Below are positions 23,199 through 35,452 of a stretch of DNA of 43,672 nucleotides, in pieces. The number at the start of each line of letters is the position of its first letter. Within the stretch, counting starts at the first letter, position 1. The stretch is taken from the NCBI GenBank assembly GCA_051453625.1, contig JBOZIK010000001.1:40462399-40506070 (forward strand), written 5' to 3'. Position numbers and translations under genes: made by a program. The notes beneath the pieces were generated by a model. The model was not told the DNA's origin and did not search any database. It saw only the letters and a program-made list of their open reading frames with translations. This DNA is from Welwitschia mirabilis. Taxonomy: Eukaryota.

Positions 23199-25970
23199 TA
23201 CTAGCAAAAATGGATTTTGCATAAGAAAATTGTGATTTTTTCCCTCAATTTTACTCGCTGTTCACTGGTCTATTGTGCAGAAAATGGTTTTTGTTTGCCA
23301 AAAAATAGTTTTAATGGTACCTGTGTGAGACATTTTGAAAAAGTCCACAAAATGTTGGCAAAAAGTCGGAAATGTCGGAAATGTCGCCGACTTTTGCAAA
23401 ATGTTAAAGACATTTTCAATTTGAAAAAAGGGCTACCAGATGCTCCACCACTACTGCTTCCTCCTGCACAAGCACTAGCTTCAATAGAGTGTAACTCAAA
23501 AACTTTTCTAGTCCGCTACCAAATTCAAGCACCCAAGGCATAAGTGGATGTAGATGAAGCAGGGACATCCTCAGCATTAAAATGAGCCCTTTAGGGCTGT
23601 TTAGTTGCAACTCTCTTTGCCATTAGTTCTTTTAGTTGTTGGCTAGCTCTACATCTTTCATGATTTTCTACAAGTAGGGTAGTGCCTTCTTGTACAATTT
23701 CTTTTGTCACTTCCTACCTTAGATTAGGACATCTACATACTTCACGCCCTGGAATACCTGCCAAATGATATTTCAATCTAGTCACCACTCCAAATATGCT
23801 TGTTTCACAAAAGTTGCATATGACTTCTGTTGCTCTAGTTACAGGCCCGCACCATTGCCATGCTTTGTCCTTCTTCCTCACCATTTTCAATTATAAATTT
23901 GCCTACATGCCACCAAAATTAACTATTAGAAAGATCAGTTTGCAATAATGATAGTTTATATATGTCAGAAACAAACATAAAACAAATATACATATATAAC
24001 TAATTAACTATATAGCTAAGAAAAAACATAAACCATAAACTCATTACATTAGTGGATGACACCATGAAGGGCAATAAGGTTAAAGAAGGAAAAAATGGAA
24101 CATTGAATTCCCAAATGAATGAATTCTATCACATTAAAGGAAAGCACTAGAATAAACAAATTCCAATTTCATACTTAACCTATATCACTTCTAATCTCAA
24201 TGTTCATTTTTCCATCTAAGCTATTAGTTCAAATTCACTACCATTTCCATAATAGTGGTCAAACCTTAACTCCTATCACAACTATTGTCACATCTACTAA
24301 GTTCTTATCACATTAGAGCATAGTTGATCTTATCATGCTGCTCATTGGTCTTCTAAAAACACCATAGTCAACCACCACACTAAATTGATGTTATGTGTGG
24401 ACTATTTTTGTTCTCTAAATAGAGGAAAATATGCTAAGGTTTGAGCNNNNNNNNNNNNNNNNNNNNNNNNNNNNNNNNNNNNNNNNNNNNNNNNNNNNNN
24501 NNNNNNNNNNNNNNNNNNNNNNNNNNNNNNNNNNNNNNNNNNNNNNTGTTATTTGTGGACTATTTTTGTTCTCTAAATAGAGGAAAATATGCTAAGGTTT
24601 GAGCATTGGACAAGTACAGCTATACAAGAAAGGTTGTCTACATGGCTTTTCTAAATGGTGGCTTATTAGTGGTTGGTGATTGGCACATAATATTGGTTGC
24701 ATACATGCCTGTATTTTTTGCATTTAAAATCTTATTCTTCAATTGATGTTGTTTGACTATAGTAACAAAGTGTTTAATGCCTTGATCACATATTCAGAAG
24801 TAGCTATAGGAGGGCTATTTTGAGATCAGGTGTGTGTAATAATCAAAGGCTTCAATCACACAAATAGCTACCTGTTTTCGTTGAATAACAATTAACAAAT
24901 AATCACAGAACATCATTGAATTCGTAGATAATCACTAAACTTTCTATCCCTCTAAAAAATTGCCTTTTTCTCCNNNNNNNNNNNNNNNNNNNNNNNNNNN
25001 NNNNNNNNNNNNNNNNNNNNNNNNNNNNNNNNNNNNNNNNNNNNNNNNNNNNNNNNNNNNNNNNNNNNNNNNNNNNNNNNNNNNNNNNNNNNNNNNNNNN
25101 NNNNNNNNNNNNNNNNNNNNNNNNNNNNNNNNNNNNNNNNNNNNNNNNNNNNNNNNNNNNNNNNNNNNNNNNNNNNNNNNNNNNNNNNNNNNNNNNNNNN
25201 NNNNNNNNNNNNNNNNNNNNNNNNNNNNNNNNNNNNNNNNNNNNNNNNNNNNNNNNNNNNNNNNNNNNNNNNNNNNNNNNNNNNNNNNNNNNNNNNNNNN
25301 NNNNNNNNNNNNNNNNNNNNNNNNNNNNNNNNNNNNNNNNNNNNNNNNNNNNNNNNNNNNNNNNNNNNNNNNNNNNNNNNNNNNNNNNNNNNNNNNNNNN
25401 NNNNNNNNNNNNNNNNNNNNNNNNNNNNNNNNNNNNNNNNNNNNNNNNNNNNNNNNNNNNNNNNNNNNNNNNNNNNNNNNNNNNNNNNNNNNNNNNNNNN
25501 NNNNNNNNNNNNNNNNNNNNNNNNNNNNNNNNNNNNNNNNNNNNNNNNNNNNNNNNNNNNNNNNNNNNNNNNNNNNNNNNNNNNNNNNNNNNNNNNNNNN
25601 NNNNNNNNNNNNNNNNNNNNNNNNNNNNNNNNNNNNNNNNNNNNNNNNNNNNNNNNNNNNNNNNNNNNNNNNNNNNNNNNNNNNNNNNNNNNNNNNNNNN
25701 NNNNNNNNNNNNNNNNNNNNNNNNNNNNNNNNNNNNNNNNNNNNNNNNNNNNNNNNNNNNNNNNNNNNNNNNNNNNNNNNNNNNNNNNTTAAAACATGCC
25801 TGTTGTGCGACTTTTTGGAAAAAATCACTGACATGTTGCTGACGTTTTCAGTGGCGACATGTCACTGACATTTTGAAAAAGTCAGTCGAAAAAGTCGGCC
25901 GACTTACAGAAATAATGAAATTGAAAAAAGGGTGACAAGGGTGACATGTCACCCTTTTTTGGTGACATTG
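23199..25970 (-). mobile_element. Internally deleted hAT derivative retaining the transposase 5' end
   Basis: ATGTCGG/AAGTCGG subterminal repeat clusters at 23330-23410 and 25790-25970 resemble the 18748 MITE; right end ...GACATTG; left end lies in a gap; BED-finger ORF inside. Confidence 0.7.
23714..23884 (-). pseudogene. BED zinc-finger fragment of a hAT transposase (56 aa, below the ORF-track cutoff)
   Basis: MVRKKDKAWQWCGPVTRATEVICNFCETSIFGVVTRLKYHLAGIPGREVCRCPNLR*; W...CxxC...RLKxHLAG...CP is the hAT BED pattern. Confidence 0.85.
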
Positions 25971-26580
25971 GGTGTTTTGCTCTCTTTTTAATATTAACCC
26001 TTCTCTATATAAGCACGTAATCATTTCCTTTGCAGTACAATTTCAATTGCATGCGATATTTAGTTCTAGAACATCTTTTCTTCAATCCTTATTGTTGTTA
26101 ATTCTCAAATTTGGTATTAGAGCACCATGACAAATGGTTTTGGTGTTTCAAGAACTGCACTTATGCAGACTCCAGTATTTCATGGAGAGCATTATGAATA
26201 CTCGTCTGAGAAGGTGAAAGATTACATGATTTCTTAAGATCTTTGAGATCTTGTAGAAAATGGATTTGCTGATGACAATGATTGTCAAAAGTTTTCAGCT
26301 TTTTTGGAAGATCACAAATGTGGAGTCGAGGATTTGTGTAAATAGGACACCAAAGCCTTGCGTGTGATCCAGACTGGAGTAGATCACACAGTTTTTCCAA
26401 AGATCGCTGGCATCACAACTTCCAAAGAGGTCTAAAGTGTGTTACAAGTTGCTTTTAAAGGTTCTGCAAACGTTTCGGTGGTTAAGCTTCAAATGCTTGG
26501 ATAAGCATTTGAATCACTCATTGTGAAAGATTCAGAAAGTATAGATCAAATTCTTGGAAGTGTCCAAGAAACTTCTAACT
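25971..26580 (+). mobile_element. Copia LTR 3' part, decayed PBS and gag (UBN2-type) fragment
   Basis: ctatataa TATA-like motif ~26005; PBS-like TGGTATTAGAGC at 26112-26123; ATG at 26127; PVFHGEHYEY...ALRVIQTGVDHTVFPKIAGITTSKEV*SVLQVAFKGSANVSVVKLQMLG*AFESLIVKDSESI. Confidence 0.8.
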
Positions 26581-27635
26581 GAAGCTAACTTAGTGGGAAT
26601 AAAAGGAAATTGACTAACTAACTGTTTAAGACGGAATATGGTTTGAGATCCTTATTCTGTTACATAAAATCATCATAGGATCTTATTGCTTGCTTTCCAC
26701 CTAGCTTATGCAAAATTTGGATAAGAAACTTTGTTTTACAGAATTTGATAATTTGGCATGTGAACATTTAACTTATTGCTTTCTTTCAAGTTAAAAAGTA
26801 CTCTGCTTCCAATTATCCTGTTTAAGTGTTATAACCTTTTTGTGGCTTTGAATAATGAATTGTCAAAAAAATTACAACTAACATTATGTTCTTCATAAAT
26901 AGTCTACAGTAAAAAGNNNNNNNNNNNNNNNNNNNNNNNNNNNNNNNNNNNNNNNNNNNNNNNNNNNNNNNNNNNNNNNNNNNNNNNNNNNNNNNNNNNN
27001 NNNNNNNNNNNNNNNNNNNNNNNNNNNNNNNNNNNNNNNNNNNNNNNNNNNNNNNNNNNNNNNNNNNNNNNNNNNNNNNNNNNNNNNNNNNNNNNNNNNN
27101 NNNNNNNNNNNNNNNNNNNNNNNNNNNNNNNNNNNNNNNNNNNNNNNNNNNNNNNNNNNNNNNNNNNNNNNNNNNNNNNNNNNNNNNNNNNNNNNNNNNN
27201 NNNNNNNNNNNNNNNNNNNNNNNNNNNNNNNNNNNNNNNNNNNNNNNNNNNNNNNNNNNNNNNNNNNNNNNNNNNNNNNNNNNNNNNNNNNNNNNNNNNN
27301 NNNNNNNNNNNNNNNNNNNNNNNNNNNNNNNNNNNNNNNNNNNNNNNNNTTTGAATAATGAATTGTCAAACAATTTACAACTCACATTTTGTTCTTCATA
27401 AATAGTAGACAGTAAAAAGCTATTTTTCAAATTATCCCTTCTTGTGGAATACTCAGGAAGACATTTCCAGTTTATGACCTGATATACAATAGTTGTTGTA
27501 AATGAATGTTATGTGACAGACAGAAACATTTGGGGGCATTTGACATGTTTTTAATCTGCTATAATTTGTTTCAATTGCTGTCCTGTATCACAAAGGTTCC
27601 TTGTAATAATGTTGCTTCATGCGTGTAATCTACAG

Positions 27636-27696
27636 TTGTTTGGACTCGGTGTTGCCAACATTTGTGGTTCATTCTTTTCTGCTTACCCTGCTACAG
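27636..27696 (+). CDS. SULTR4: SULTR4 exon (probably exon 9 by homology)
   Basis: tacag acceptor; LFGLGVANICGSFFSAYPAT(G); gt donor at 27697. Confidence 0.95.
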
Positions 27697-27818
27697 GTAT
27701 TAAATGGGATGAATCTGCATGTTTATGATGTATAGATTGGTTGTTTCATGTTTTGTGCCTTTCGCTTTAGCTTCCAGGTTTTTTACTTTCAGCTTTGTTG
27801 GAATGTTCTTGACTGCAG

Positions 27819-27946
27819 GATCATTTTCAAGGTCAGCTGTTAATCATGAAAGTGGAGCTAAAACAGGCTTATCTGGCTTTATAATGGGAGTTGTAATCAT
27901 TTGCGCACTTCAATTTCTCACTCCAATTTTCAAAGATATTCCTCAA
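27819..27946 (+). CDS. SULTR4: SULTR4 exon (probably exon 10)
   Basis: tgcag acceptor; [43 protein letters not shown]; gtaaat donor at 27947. Confidence 0.95.
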
Positions 27947-28285
27947 GTAAATAGATTTCTTTACAATGTTAAATTTGTTGTTCTGCTGCATAAGAGGAAA
28001 TGATGAGCACACCATTAGCAGTATATTTATTCAGTCACAAGGAACAAATAGAAGTTTTCATTACAATATTTTATAATATTCATTACCATAACATAATTTG
28101 TGTTCATGTAGGATTCACTGATTTTTTATTTATTGTTTATGTTGTAAATTATATTTGACATGTATGAAACTCCATTTATTATTTCTTCTTCAGGAATATT
28201 GAATTGTATTCTTAGAGGCTCACAACGTTTAACATAACAATGTACGAATAGTATTCATTGATCTAATCCTTTCTGCATTTTGCAG

Positions 28286-28327
28286 TGCACTCTTGCTGCA
28301 ATTGTTGTATCAGCCGTAATGGGTTTG
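28286..28327 (+). CDS. SULTR4: SULTR4 exon (probably exon 11); last exon visible in the window
   Basis: tgcag acceptor; CTLAAIVVSAVMGL (cf. CALAAIVISAVSGL); gtatgg donor at 28328. Confidence 0.92.
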
Positions 28328-29452
28328 GTATGGATTTCTCATCTTATATACTTTGTCCTGATTACAGTTTTTTCATTTGAATGTTGAAAAATACATCCAT
28401 GGTGACATCTAGGGCAAATACTGGGATAAAGCTGTAAAATATAGTTTAGATGAAATGTTCAGAAATTAGATGTTGGAACTGTAACCTATATGAGAATAAA
28501 GTAGAGACATTTAATCTCAAATATATTCTTTGTGTTTTCACAAAATCACATTATCTAATTTTTTGTGCTTTGCAACATGCTACTTTATTAGTTACTTTCA
28601 AAAAATATTCTATGCGTTATCATTTTAAAAATACTCTAAAAATACATACAAATGTTTTTTTAATCATAAATACATATTGAAATATTTCAAAAATATATTT
28701 ATTTTTAGTTTATTTTTATATCTTCTTTATTTTTGCTCCCCACAATAGCTGTCAAACTTGGCTATGCCACCGTACTCATCAAGGCAATCTACACTCGGAT
28801 TTGCCATCTAAAATTGGCAATTGGCAAACTTGGCACAACCTTGGGAAGGCCAAAGAAGTTTGGAATAACATGCACTTTTTATTAATTTCAAGCACTTTCA
28901 TGTATTCAAATAGGGCAAGGATTATTTCTAAGTAAAATATAAGTAGTTTACTGTGCAAACACATAAGTAAGACGTTTGAAAACACATTTATGAGTTTTAG
29001 TAATTGTTTCCCTTTAGCTTTGCCTATTTAAACTTTAAAGCATCTATTGCTTTCCAAAAGAGAAAAAAAAAATTACTCAAAGCAATTACGACAGCAAACA
29101 ATAGTGTGATCTTAGCTCTATATCAACTTGTAGAACTTAATAGTTTTACATTCCAAACTACAAAGCTTAAATGATATTACATCTATATCAAGAAGGTAGT
29201 TAGCAAATGTTGACAAAATGTTTTTTATATAGCACTTGGCTTTTTTACCCTCCTGTCATGTGACCTCTAATAGAAAGGAATTCCTGGTGTTCTTTTGTTG
29301 TCCTAGAAACAGGGATTTCAAAACATGTTGCAGCTTCTTAAAGGGATTTCATGTGAAAAAGCTAAAACCATATTAAGATGACCGCTAGAGCACGTTTAAT
29401 ATCATTTTTTAAAATTGTTTCTTGGACACATATCTCTATAGGATCTCGTATG

Positions 29453-29846
29453 CAATGATTAAATAGTCGGCAAAAGCAAAAAGTCGGCAATCTCAAAAAA
29501 TGAGTCGAGTCGTCAAGTCGGAGACTAGNNNNNNNNNNNNNNNNNNNNNNNNNNNNNNNNNNNNNNNNNNNNNNNNNNNNNNNNNNNNNNNNNNNNNNNN
29601 NNNNNNNNNNNNNNNNNNNNNNNNNNNNNNNNNNNNNNNNNNNNNNNNNNNNNNNNNNNNNNNNNNNNNNNNNNNNNNNNNNNNNNNNNNNNNNNNNNNN
29701 NNNNNNNNNNNNNNNNNNNNNNNNNNNNNNNNNNNNNNNNNNNNNNNNNNNNNNNNNNNNNNNNNNNNNNNNNNNNNNNNNNNNNNNNNNNNNNNNNNNN
29801 NNNNNNNNNCCCAGACGGCGTTTAGTCGCCGCCAAATGAAACATTG
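29453..29846. mobile_element. hAT-type MITE (interior mostly in a gap)
   Basis: Termini CAATGATTAAAT / AATGAAACATTG; perfect 8-bp TSD CTCGTATG at 29445-29452 and 29847-29854; AGTCG subterminal repeats. Confidence 0.85.
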
Positions 29847-30483
29847 CTCGTATGTTGGTAAAATATATTTCAATGATGACTAATGCAATCGTACCTGTTA
29901 GGCAGACACCTCATGTAAGCTCCAGGAAAAACATCCAGTCCTGTGAAATCTGTGCAAGCCCAGGACTTTTGTAAGCCGTTCTATCCGGGACGTCTGACCT
30001 GTAACAATAGGACGTCCACCTGTCTGTACAAATTATTCTATTAGGACATTTGACCTTCATAATTGTGACATTCGACCTTGTTCACGGTTGGAAAATAGTG
30101 GGACGTCTAGAGAACAAACCAAGATGTTTGACCCTATCCTCGGCTGGAAAATAATGGAATGTCTAACTTTTTAAAATGGAACATTCGAACCATTCTCAAT
30201 CTTTTAGTAAAAGTCCTTAAAAACCAGGACGTTTGGATTTTCTTAAGGTGACGTCTGTGAAGATGAATGCTGGGTGTAGAATCAAAAGCAAAAACGGCTA
30301 AAAGGCTTTTCTAGGGGCACACCTATCAATATCTCACCTTCTGATATCTTTTTTATCCACTCAATCGACGTTCATCATATAAATCGTCTGCAAAAGAAAA
30401 AGAGAGCACTTTTCTAACCTGTGAAAATTACTTGTGACTGTATCAAAAGGGAGATTCTCCTTTGGCTATGACTGTGTTCTGAA

Positions 30484-33400
30484 CACTGTTATCAGACTTG
30501 CAACGACTCCTGTGAGTTTCGTGATTTGCAAGTTTGCGGCTCGTCGCGAATCCAAAAATGCAAACTTGCAGAGACAAGTCTGGCGGTCGTGAACTCGCTG
30601 AAATTGGCGGACTTGCCGGACTCGTCTGCACAAAATGCAAACAAAAAAACACGTGATGTAAACGTTAAAAAAAACAGAATTGCTGACACAAACCTATTTG
30701 TTGGCAAAAACGAGCGTTCATCACAGGTTTCTCCGTTTCTCTCATCTCATGGGGTTTCTTGACTTATTCTTCACAGTCACAACGCTCATAGGTTTCTGCG
30801 TTTTAGATTTCTTCATCTACATTATTTCTGTTTTTATATTTCATTTTGTTTCAGCTTGATTTTTGAGGCTGTTTAATCCAATTTCCCTCATTTCAACTAT
30901 AGATATTATGACTTCTGAGTTTATGACTGCCTTCTAATTTCTAAGAATGATCACGTTTACCTTTTTCTCATGGTTTTTCCATGTGAAATATTTTATGTCT
31001 TGTTATTTCTAAATGTTCTTTGTCTTTGGTGTTTCTTGTAATTTCTAAAGTTAGATCTTGTGCTATTTTTGGTGTTTAATCCGATTTCCCCATAAAGTGT
31101 TCTTTGTTTGAGCTTGTATTGTTTTTCACAGACTTAGCATATCTTTGGTGGAGAAAATAACTGCAAGTAATTGGTGAATTTGTAATAGAGACTGTAATGT
31201 TAGTGTCCATTTTGACTTTTGAGTGCTGTGCCCTTCTGTTCTGTAATTCATTTTTGTGTTGTCTTGTGAGGGTTGTGCCCATTTTGAGTGCTGTGCCCTT
31301 TTGTTCTGTGAGGGTCATGCTCCTGCATTTGGCCACACCATTTCAAACTGTAAAAAATCCTTAGATTATTTACATTGCAAGCTTCATAGGAGCATAACTT
31401 TGACAATTATCTCTTAATTTGTTGTGTGATTTTTAGATCTATTTCATGACATTCTCACGTTCTTTTTCTTCCAATGAAAACAATAGCACTTGATGAAAGT
31501 TTATTTTTCATTGCAAGAAAAGAATATGTTCAGAAATTGAGTGGACATTTATAATTTTCAATCTCTTTTATCCTTTACTTCAATACTCATTATCTGTCAT
31601 TTCAATCAACGGTCAAGAATCAGATTTTGATTGTGCTTTTCATGCATCTTTATAACATTGCCTCTTGTTCACATCTTCAGTTTATGGTTTTGAATTTTGA
31701 TCCCCTAATTTGTATTTCACTATTTTGCACTTTCTGCTTTTCAGGTTGGTAAAGACATAAAGTAGACTTAATGGCACCCAAGAGGAAAAACATAGAAACA
31801 TCTAAATCAAAGGGCAAACTATCCGTGCAAGAAGGTAGACTTAGCCAATAACAAGTAGTTGTCTGGGATGCATTTTTAAAATCATGTAAAGATGACTTAT
31901 GGAGATATGCAAAATTTGACCTACGCACAATCAATTCAAAAGGCCACATCGTGCATTGTTCTTTTTGTGATTCTCAGATGCATGGGGGCACAAGTTTAAG
32001 TTTCATCTTGCAGACTTGCACGAGCTACTCTAAGAGATGTAATGCCATGCCCTCAAGTTCCTGATGAAATATGTTTACCCACCCAATTTAACTTGGAAGA
32101 ATTGCAAAGGGAAAAAAGGAAAAGAAGCTTAATTGGCACATTTACAAGGAAAATCATTTGCTACTCACGCTTCCACTGCCTGTGACTCGAGTGAGGAGAT
32201 TAGGGACACAACTCAATTATAGAGTTACTAGGATAGGCTAAGTACTATCGGTCCTCGTGAGTGGAAAGACAAAACTTCCACAACTACATCTGGCATTGGA
32301 TCATATTTTCAACCTATTTCTCAAAGTGATAAGTAAAGTAGTAAACAAGTATAGATTTTGTATTTTTCTCATTTTGTATTCTCGTCAATAACAATGTCTT
32401 CATACAGGACCTAGAGCCCAACAAACCATTGATGGCATGGGATGCTTTTCAAAAGATTTAGCTGCTTATGCGGATAAAAAGGTGGCAAACATTTTATTGC
32501 CGATGTTGCATATCTTTCAATGCAGTAAGATCTCCACATTTNNNNNNNNNNNNNNNNNNNNNNNNNNNNNNNNNNNNNNNNNNNNNNNNNNNNNNNNNNN
32601 NNNNNNNNNNNNNNNNNNNNNNNNNNNNNNNNNNNNNNNNNNNNNNNNNNNNNNNNNNNNNNNNNNNNNNNNNNNNNNNNNNNNNNNNNNNNNNNNNNNN
32701 NNNNNNNNNNNNNNNNNNNNNNNNNNNNNNNNNNNNNNNNNNNNNNNNNNNNNNNNNNNNNNNNNNNNNNNNNNNNNNNNNNNNNNNNNNNNNNNNNNNN
32801 NNNNNNNNNNNNNNNNNNNNNNNNNNNNNNNNNNNNNNNNNNNNNNNNNNNNNNNNNNNNNNNNNNNNNNNNNNNNNNNNNNNNNNNNNNNNNNNNNNNN
32901 NNNNNNNNNNNNNNNNNNNNNNNNNNNNNNNNNNNNNNNNNNNNNNNNNNNNNNNNNNNNNNNNNNNNNNNNNNNNNNNNNNNNNNNNNNNNNNNNNNNN
33001 NNNNNNNNNNNNNNNNNNNNNNNNNNNNNNNNNNNNNNNNNNNNNNNNNNNNNNNNNNNNNNNNNNNNNNNNNNNNNNNNNNNNNNNNNNNNNNNNNNNN
33101 NNNNNNNNNNNNNNNNNNNNNNNNNNNNNNNNNNNNNNNNNNNNNNNNNNNNNNNNNNNNNNNNNNNNNNNNNNNNNNNNNNNNNNNNNNNNNNNNNNNN
33201 NNNNNNNNNNNNNNNNNNNNNNNNNNNNNNNNNNNNNNNNNNNNNNNNNNNNNNNNNNNNNNNNNNNNNNNNNNNNNNNNNNNNNNNNNNNNNNNNNNNN
33301 NNNNNNNNNNNNNNNNNNNNNNNNNNNNNNNNNNNNNNNNNNNNNNNNNNNNNNNNNNNNNNNNNNNNNNNNNNNNNNNNNNNNNNNNNNNNNNNNNNNN

Positions 33401-35452
33401 NNNNNNNNNNNNNNNNNNNNNNNNNNNNNNNNNNNNNNNNNNNNNNNNNNNNNNNNNNNNNNNNNNNNNNNNNNNNNNNNNNNNNNNNNNNNNNNNNNNN
33501 NNNNNNNNNNNNNNNNNNTGTTTCTTTTTAAATTTTCATAGACAAGGAATGATGACTTTTTCCAACTTCGTATAAGCATGGAGGGTGTGGTTGTCGCATC
33601 ACTTGTAAAAGAGAGTCATTATCCATTTTGAAAGTCATTATCCATTTTGGAGTACTGTGGAAGAAGTCGTAAAGGTAAATTGTAAATTTGCATTTTGCCG
33701 TTTTGCAATTACAATATTACATTACTTCACATCTTCACATAATTAATCAAATAACTTTCTTATAGATCCCAGAGCCTCTCATTCGTGTACTACACTTGGT
33801 GGATGGTGATCGAATGTCTATAGGCTACATTTACGAGGCAATGGAAATGCAAAGGAGAGCATCAAAAGGTAAGAATCAATATGGTAATTTAGTAATTTAA
33901 TTATTTTGTTAGGTAAATAACTCTTGATTTCTCACTTGCTAAACAGGTACTACGAAAATAACGAGGATAAATTTCAGCCTATTTGAACATAATTGACCAA
34001 AGGTGGAATTATACTCTCCACAAGCCAATACATGGTGTTGCTTATTTATTGAATCCATCATTTTTTAATGAGCCAAATTTCAATCCCGATGATACTGAAA
34101 TTCGTATGAATTTCCATGAGGTTGTGGAGAAAATGTATCCCACTTCTCACAAATGGATGAGAATGTATGACGAATTGCAGCAATACATCAGTCAGATAGT
34201 AGATGCATTTTCAAAAGATGCAATTGAAGCAACAAAGACGCTTTGCCCAGGCATATAATTTATCTTTATTTGCCATTCCCATGGTTAACTTTTGTGATAT
34301 AGTAATTGAACAAGTCATAATTTTGCTAATAATCTTGTNNNNNNNNNNNNNNNNNNNNNNNNNNNNNNNNNNNNNNNNNNNNNNNNNNNNNNNNNNNNNN
34401 NNNNNNNNNNNNNNNNNNNNNNNNNNNNNNNNNNNNNNTTTATTTGCCATTCCCATGTTTAACTTTTGTGATATAGTAATTGAACAAGTCATAATTTTGC
34501 TAATAATCTTGTGCCTTTTTAATTCAAATGCATGGTGGGATGCGTTGGGCTTCTGCTTGCCCAACTTGAGGAAGTTTGCACATACAATCCTTAGTCAGTC
34601 TACATCTGCTTCTACTTGTGAAAGGCCTTGGAGCATGTTTAACAATACACAAGCAAAAAAAAGGCAGTTGTTGANNNNNNNNNNNNNNNNNNNNNNNNNN
34701 NNNNNNNNNNNNNNNNNNNNNNNNNNNNNNNNNNNNNNNNNNNNNNNNNNNNNNNNNNNNNNNNNNNNNNNNNNNNNNNNNNNNNNNNNNNNNNNNNNNN
34801 NNNNNNNNNNNNNNNNNNNNNNNNNNNNNNNNNNNNNNNNNNNNNNNNNNNNNNNNNNNNNNNNNNNNNNNNNNNNNNNNNNNNNNNNNNNNNNNNNNNN
34901 NNNNNNNNNNNNNNNNNNNNNNNNNNNNNNNNNNNNNNNNNNNNNNNNNNNNNNNNNNNNNNNNNNNNNNNNNNNNNNNNNNNNNNNNNNNNNNNNNNNA
35001 GTTTTTGGACATTTTGTAATTTGTTGTACTGATGATCATCAAATCATGATACTGATTACTGATATATGATATATGGCTTGTTATATAATACAATACTTCA
35101 GTGTTTTCATGACTTATTAACATCTTTGCCTTTCTCTATAATTTGGTAATGACAAGTTTGTAGTGATGACTAATGAGTAATGACAAGTTTGAGTTTTTGA
35201 CAAACATAGTTATTTGTTTCATTAATATTTAATATGGTGTGTTCCAACACTTGTCTAATATTTAGAAATGTTCTATGGCTTATCTGAATGCATAAAAATT
35301 CCTTTTTCTTTCAAAAAGCATATGAAAACCCAAACTCTTTTGGCCTTCTAGAGTTTCTGCCGAGTTTTGCTGAGTTTGCTGAGTTTTGGCTAACGAGTCT
35401 GAGTCTAGGTAGCCAAATGAGCTTGGTGCCGAGTCTGAGTTTCACAACGATG
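30484..35452 (+). mobile_element. Full-length-like hAT DNA transposon (~5 kb) nested in the SIRE LTR
   Basis: Perfect 8-bp TSD GTTCTGAA at 30476-30483 and 35453-35460; decayed TIRs CACTGTTATCAGACT / AGTTTCACAACGATG; GACTC/GAGT subterminal repeats at both ends; transposase remnants inside. Confidence 0.88.
31771..34674 (+). pseudogene. Intron-containing hAT transposase pseudogene (BED finger, core, hATC dimerisation domain)
   Basis: MAPKRK...DDLWRYAK...HCSFCDSQMHGG..FHLA; PLIRVLHLVDGDRMSIGYIYEAM; IIDQRWNYTLHKPIHGVAYLLNP; WWDALGFCLPNLRKFAHTILSQSTSASTCERPWSMF. Contains stops, frameshifts and short AT-rich GT-AG introns (e.g. ~33869-33946). Confidence 0.9.

Noticed and set aside
28740..28860. 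TTGGCA-rich stretch resembling one end of a hAT MITE
   Set aside because: No matching second terminus or TSD found.
24387..34512. Short direct repeats flanking gaps (24387-24604, 26847-27419, 34265-34512)
   Set aside because: Near-identical contig-end overlaps typical of unmerged haplotypes or scaffolding, so not counted as biological repeats.
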